Shown piece after piece: positions 60,743 to 64,000 of a stretch of 64,000 nt of DNA. Numbering within the stretch: position 1 is the stretch's first letter; every line of letters begins with the position of its first letter. Source of the DNA: Glaciecola sp. (GTDB taxonomy: Bacteria; Pseudomonadota; Gammaproteobacteria; Enterobacterales; Alteromonadaceae); assembly GCA_047637355.1 (NCBI GenBank), contig JBLIKA010000004.1, forward strand, positions 21,770 through 85,769, given 5' to 3'. The notes under the pieces are model-generated. The model was not told the origin of the DNA and searched no databases. It saw nothing but the letters and a program-made list of their open reading frames with translations. The translations under genes and the position numbers were made by a program.

Positions 60743-63700
60743 AAAAAAATGATTCAAGTCAAATAAACGATTTACCCTCACTCTCTATTCGCCGCCCTGT
60801 GCTGGTTATGGTAATGAACCTGCTTATCATTTTAGCAGGCTTTGCCGCCGTTAATGACTTAGAAATTAGGGAACTACCTGATGTAGACCGCCCAATCGTC
60901 ACTGTTTCAGCTAATTATCCTGGAGGTTCTCCTGAGACTGTTGATAGTGAAGTAACCAGCCGTTTAGAAGGGGCGGTTGCCAGAGTTAGCGGTGTTGACT
61001 CAATTAACGCCTCTAGTGAAGAAGGCTCTTCACGGATTCGTGTTGAATTTCGCCCCGGCACGGATCTCGAGGATGCTGCAAATGAGCTCCGTGAATCAGT
61101 TAGCCGAGTGCAACGCATGTTACCTGCAGAAGTTGAGCAGCTATCAATTATAAAAGCAGACAACGACGCTCAGGCAGTTGTAAGCTTAGCCATAAGTAGC
61201 GACAGCCTAGATATGGAGACGTTAACCGAACGTGTTGAGGTTGACTTAGCGCCGCTATTTTTGAGTATTCCCGGCGTTGCTGATGTATCGCTAGACGGTC
61301 AACGCCAGCGCGTTATGCGAGTATCTGTCGACCCATTACGTTTGACCAGCTTCAACCTTTCCATGACCGACGTGTCTGCAGCTTTGCGCTTAGCGCCATT
61401 CGATGTACCTGCTGGCAGTGTTAAATCGCAAGACCAAGAATTGATTGTGAGGGCTGATGCAACTTCTGTATCTACACAAGATATTGAGCAAATTTTAATT
61501 TCCGGTGATACTCGAATAGGTGATGTTGCGAGTGTTTATTTTGGCCCCGCCGATTCCCGTAGTATGGTCAGACTCGATGGCAAACCCGTTGTAGGTTTAG
61601 GTATCATACGACAGGCGCGCTCCAATACTATAGAAATTTCTGATGAAGTGCTGGCGATGGTTAAAAGCCTAGATACCCGCTTTACTGACCTAAATATTGT
61701 TGTCACATCCGATGATGCAGAATTTATTCGTAGTTCGGTAAATGAAGTAATGATGTCTCTAGGGCTAACTATATTATTAGTTATTGGCACGTTGTGGCTG
61801 TTTTTAGGTAGCTTCAGAGCTACCTTAGTGCCAGCACTGTCGATACCAGTCTCATTAGTCGGCGCGCTAGTTATCATGTGGGTCCTTGGCTTCTCTATCA
61901 ATATCCTAACCTTACTAGCGTTAGTGCTTGGAACCGGGCTTATTGTTGATGATGCCATCGTGGTATCCGAAAACATTCAGCGCCGCCGTGCCCAAGGTAT
62001 GGGGTCAAGAGCCGCCGCGGTTTTAGGTACAAGAGAAGTTTTCTTTGCGGTCGTTGCCACCACTGCTGTCCTTGCTGCAGTTTTTATTCCTATCGCTTTT
62101 TTACCATCTACCGCCGGCAGACTATTCAGAGAGTTTGGAGGAGTGCTAGCCGGCGCAGTAATAATTTCCTCATTCGTTGCATTGAGTTTAGTACCAGCGT
62201 TAACAGCCAAGTTGCCGAAAAAGACAACGAATAATAGCTTTTTTGACCGTACGCTAGGTGCCTTTGGTACTCGCATGTTAAATGGGTATATGGCTTTGCT
62301 TCACCAGGCTTTGCGTTTTTCATGGTTAACAGTGTTAGTGTCAGTTGTATCTGCTGGCGGCGCCGCATTGCTTTATGAACAAATTGAAAATCAACTTTTA
62401 CCTGCTGAAGACAGAGGTGTTATACGGGTTTTTGCGCGAGGTCCCGATGGTGCCGGATTAAATTATATGAATCGACAAGCCGAGAAGATGGAAGAGATCC
62501 TACTGCCTTATGTTAAGGATGCAGACGTCGATTCGATTTATACGGTTGTTGGCCGCTGGGATCCTAATTTAGTTTTCATCACTGTACCACTTGCACATTG
62601 GGACGAGAGAGAAAAGTCACAGCAAGATATTATAAATGAAATGCGACCTAATCTTGCTGCAATTCCTGGAGCCCCAGCGCGCGCATTTGGAAGTAACAGC
62701 CTAAATCTGCGTGGTCAAGGTGGCGGCTTGGAATTGGCGCTTACAGGTGATACCTACGCGCGTATTTATGAGTCTGCACTGGCTTTCGGTAAACTTATTG
62801 AAGAAACACTACCCGAGCTTGGCAGGCCTAATATTGGTTACCAGCCAACCCAACCACAACTGAGAGTGAACATTGATAGACGCAGAGCAGAGGAATTAGG
62901 CGTCCCTTTCAGTGATATATCGACTACATTAAGAGCCGCCATCAGTGGCGACGACATAACCGATCTCAATATTGGCGATCAAGCGATTCCATTAATATTG
63001 CAGTCATCGAAGAGGAACACCGCTAATCCGTCCGATTTAACGAACCTCTTCGTAAAATCAAATAACGGAATTTTAGTGCCATTATCGAGTCTCGCATTTA
63101 TTAGTGAAGAGGGGGTTGCCGCTGAATTGGAGCGCCACGCTCAGCGCAGAGCTATTGAAATTGATTTAGAGCTACCTGACAGTATAACGATGGCAGAAGC
63201 TGTTGAGCGAATACGTGATATCGCTAATCAAAATCTACCGGATGGAATCGGACTCGTGTTTTTAGGCGAAGCGCTTACTTTTGAAGAAACATCGAACCAA
63301 ATTGCCATGACCTATTTATTTGCATTCATTATTGTATTGCTAGTGTTGGCAGCTCAATTTGAGAGTATCAATAGTGCAATTGTGGTCATGCTAACAGTAC
63401 CTTTTGGTATCGCAGCTGCTATCTATGCCCTTTACCTTACGGGCACTTCGATCAATATTTATTCTCAAATAGGACTCGTCATGCTCATCGGCTTAATTGC
63501 AAAAAATTCTATTCTACTAGTTGAATTTGCTGACCAACTGCGAGATCGAGGTATGGCAGTTAATGACGCGATAGTTCAGGCTGCATCTGTTCGATTACGT
63601 CCAATAATGATGACCTTAATGTCGACAATATTAGGTGGATTGCCCTTAATACTGTCAACGGGCGCAGGCGCTGAATCAAGAAATTCTATTGGTTGGGTGG

Positions 63701-63849
63701 TCTTTGGTGGCTTAGGTATCGCTGTTGTTTTTACCCTATTTTTAACGCCCGTTTTATACAAGTTCATTGCTCCATTCTCAAAGCCAAGAGCCGACGAGAG
63801 TGACCGCTTAGAAACTGAACTTAAGGCTGCAGAGCAACAAAGCCTTTAA
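60739..63849 (+). CDS. RND-family inner-membrane efflux permease (AcrB/AcrD/AcrF superfamily)
   Basis: 1036 aa with a 12-TM, two-large-loop architecture. N-terminus LSIRRPVLVMVMNLLI. LVLGTGLIVDDAIVV and LIGLIAKNSILLVEFA motifs. No outer-membrane factor gene lies within the window. Confidence 0.93.
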   Translation: MKKNDSSQINDLPSLSIRRPVLVMVMNLLIILAGFAAVNDLEIRELPDVDRPIVTVSANYPGGSPETVDSEVTSRLEGAVARVSGVDSINASSEEGSSRIRVEFRPGTDLEDAANELRESVSRVQRMLPAEVEQLSIIKADNDAQAVVSLAISSDSLDMETLTERVEVDLAPLFLSIPGVADVSLDGQRQRVMRVSVDPLRLTSFNLSMTDVSAALRLAPFDVPAGSVKSQDQELIVRADATSVSTQDIEQILISGDTRIGDVASVYFGPADSRSMVRLDGKPVVGLGIIRQARSNTIEISDEVLAMVKSLDTRFTDLNIVVTSDDAEFIRSSVNEVMMSLGLTILLVIGTLWLFLGSFRATLVPALSIPVSLVGALVIMWVLGFSINILTLLALVLGTGLIVDDAIVVSENIQRRRAQGMGSRAAAVLGTREVFFAVVATTAVLAAVFIPIAFLPSTAGRLFREFGGVLAGAVIISSFVALSLVPALTAKLPKKTTNNSFFDRTLGAFGTRMLNGYMALLHQALRFSWLTVLVSVVSAGGAALLYEQIENQLLPAEDRGVIRVFARGPDGAGLNYMNRQAEKMEEILLPYVKDADVDSIYTVVGRWDPNLVFITVPLAHWDEREKSQQDIINEMRPNLAAIPGAPARAFGSNSLNLRGQGGGLELALTGDTYARIYESALAFGKLIEETLPELGRPNIGYQPTQPQLRVNIDRRRAEELGVPFSDISTTLRAAISGDDITDLNIGDQAIPLILQSSKRNTANPSDLTNLFVKSNNGILVPLSSLAFISEEGVAAELERHAQRRAIEIDLELPDSITMAEAVERIRDIANQNLPDGIGLVFLGEALTFEETSNQIAMTYLFAFIIVLLVLAAQFESINSAIVVMLTVPFGIAAAIYALYLTGTSINIYSQIGLVMLIGLIAKNSILLVEFADQLRDRGMAVNDAIVQAASVRLRPIMMTLMSTILGGLPLILSTGAGAESRNSIGWVVFGGLGIAVVFTLFLTPVLYKFIAPFSKPRADESDRLETELKAAEQQSL

Positions 63850-63879
63850 TTTTTTACATCTCAACCATAATATCACTAG

Positions 63880-63924
63880 CATAACGGGTGACCAGAAGCT
63901 TTTTGCCTATGATCACCCGTTATG
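63880..63924. repeat. 12-bp perfect inverted repeat CATAACGGGTGA-N21-TCACCCGTTATG downstream of the RND gene
   Basis: Read directly. Located 30 nt after the stop codon with no U-tract, so it may be a non-canonical terminator, an RNA stabiliser or a protein-binding site. Confidence 0.4.
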
Positions 63925-64000
63925 AAATATTCCTACAAGTTCTTTAGTAATCAAAATTTGTGCTTTAAACTCGATAGTCATTATATATTGTCAACCAACA

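Overview
This AT-rich 64-kb window (composition judged by eye, not computed) reads as core chromosome of a marine gammaproteobacterium, probably Alteromonadales-like. That placement is an inference from hand comparison of the translations with E. coli proteins and from enterobacterial-type synteny blocks: trxA-rho / rhlB-gppA, ubiE-ubiJ-ubiB, prlC / gor, glnA-glnL-glnG / bipA, purE-purK, pqiABC and yjeT-purA. I can support about 55 protein genes, one tRNA-Thr(UGU), one frameshifted and internally deleted pseudogene, ten rho-independent terminators, a sigma-54 glnA promoter with NtrC-type sites, and an NtrC-type operator at glnL. I saw no rRNA, CRISPR array, transposase, integrase, phage gene or obvious defence system, so most of the window is ordinary housekeeping DNA. 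The least canonical parts are listed here. (1) A peptidoglycan-recycling locus at the left end contains murQ, a cytosolic M14 peptidase, an AmiD-like amidase lipoprotein fused to a beta-lactamase-fold domain whose catalytic motifs look degenerate, and an NhaC-type transporter. (2) An 820-aa secreted protein fuses a DUF305 domain (paired MIPHH motifs plus a His/Met-rich linker) to an LVIVD-type beta-propeller. (3) pqiA is split into two ORFs exactly at a C5/G5 homopolymer. (4) A 48-codon ORF with a strong Shine-Dalgarno sequence sits between ubiJ and ubiB, coupled by TAATG. (5) An RDD-family membrane protein carries a large insertion. All functional calls rest on my own recognition of motifs and family resemblance in the supplied translations. 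No database search was run.
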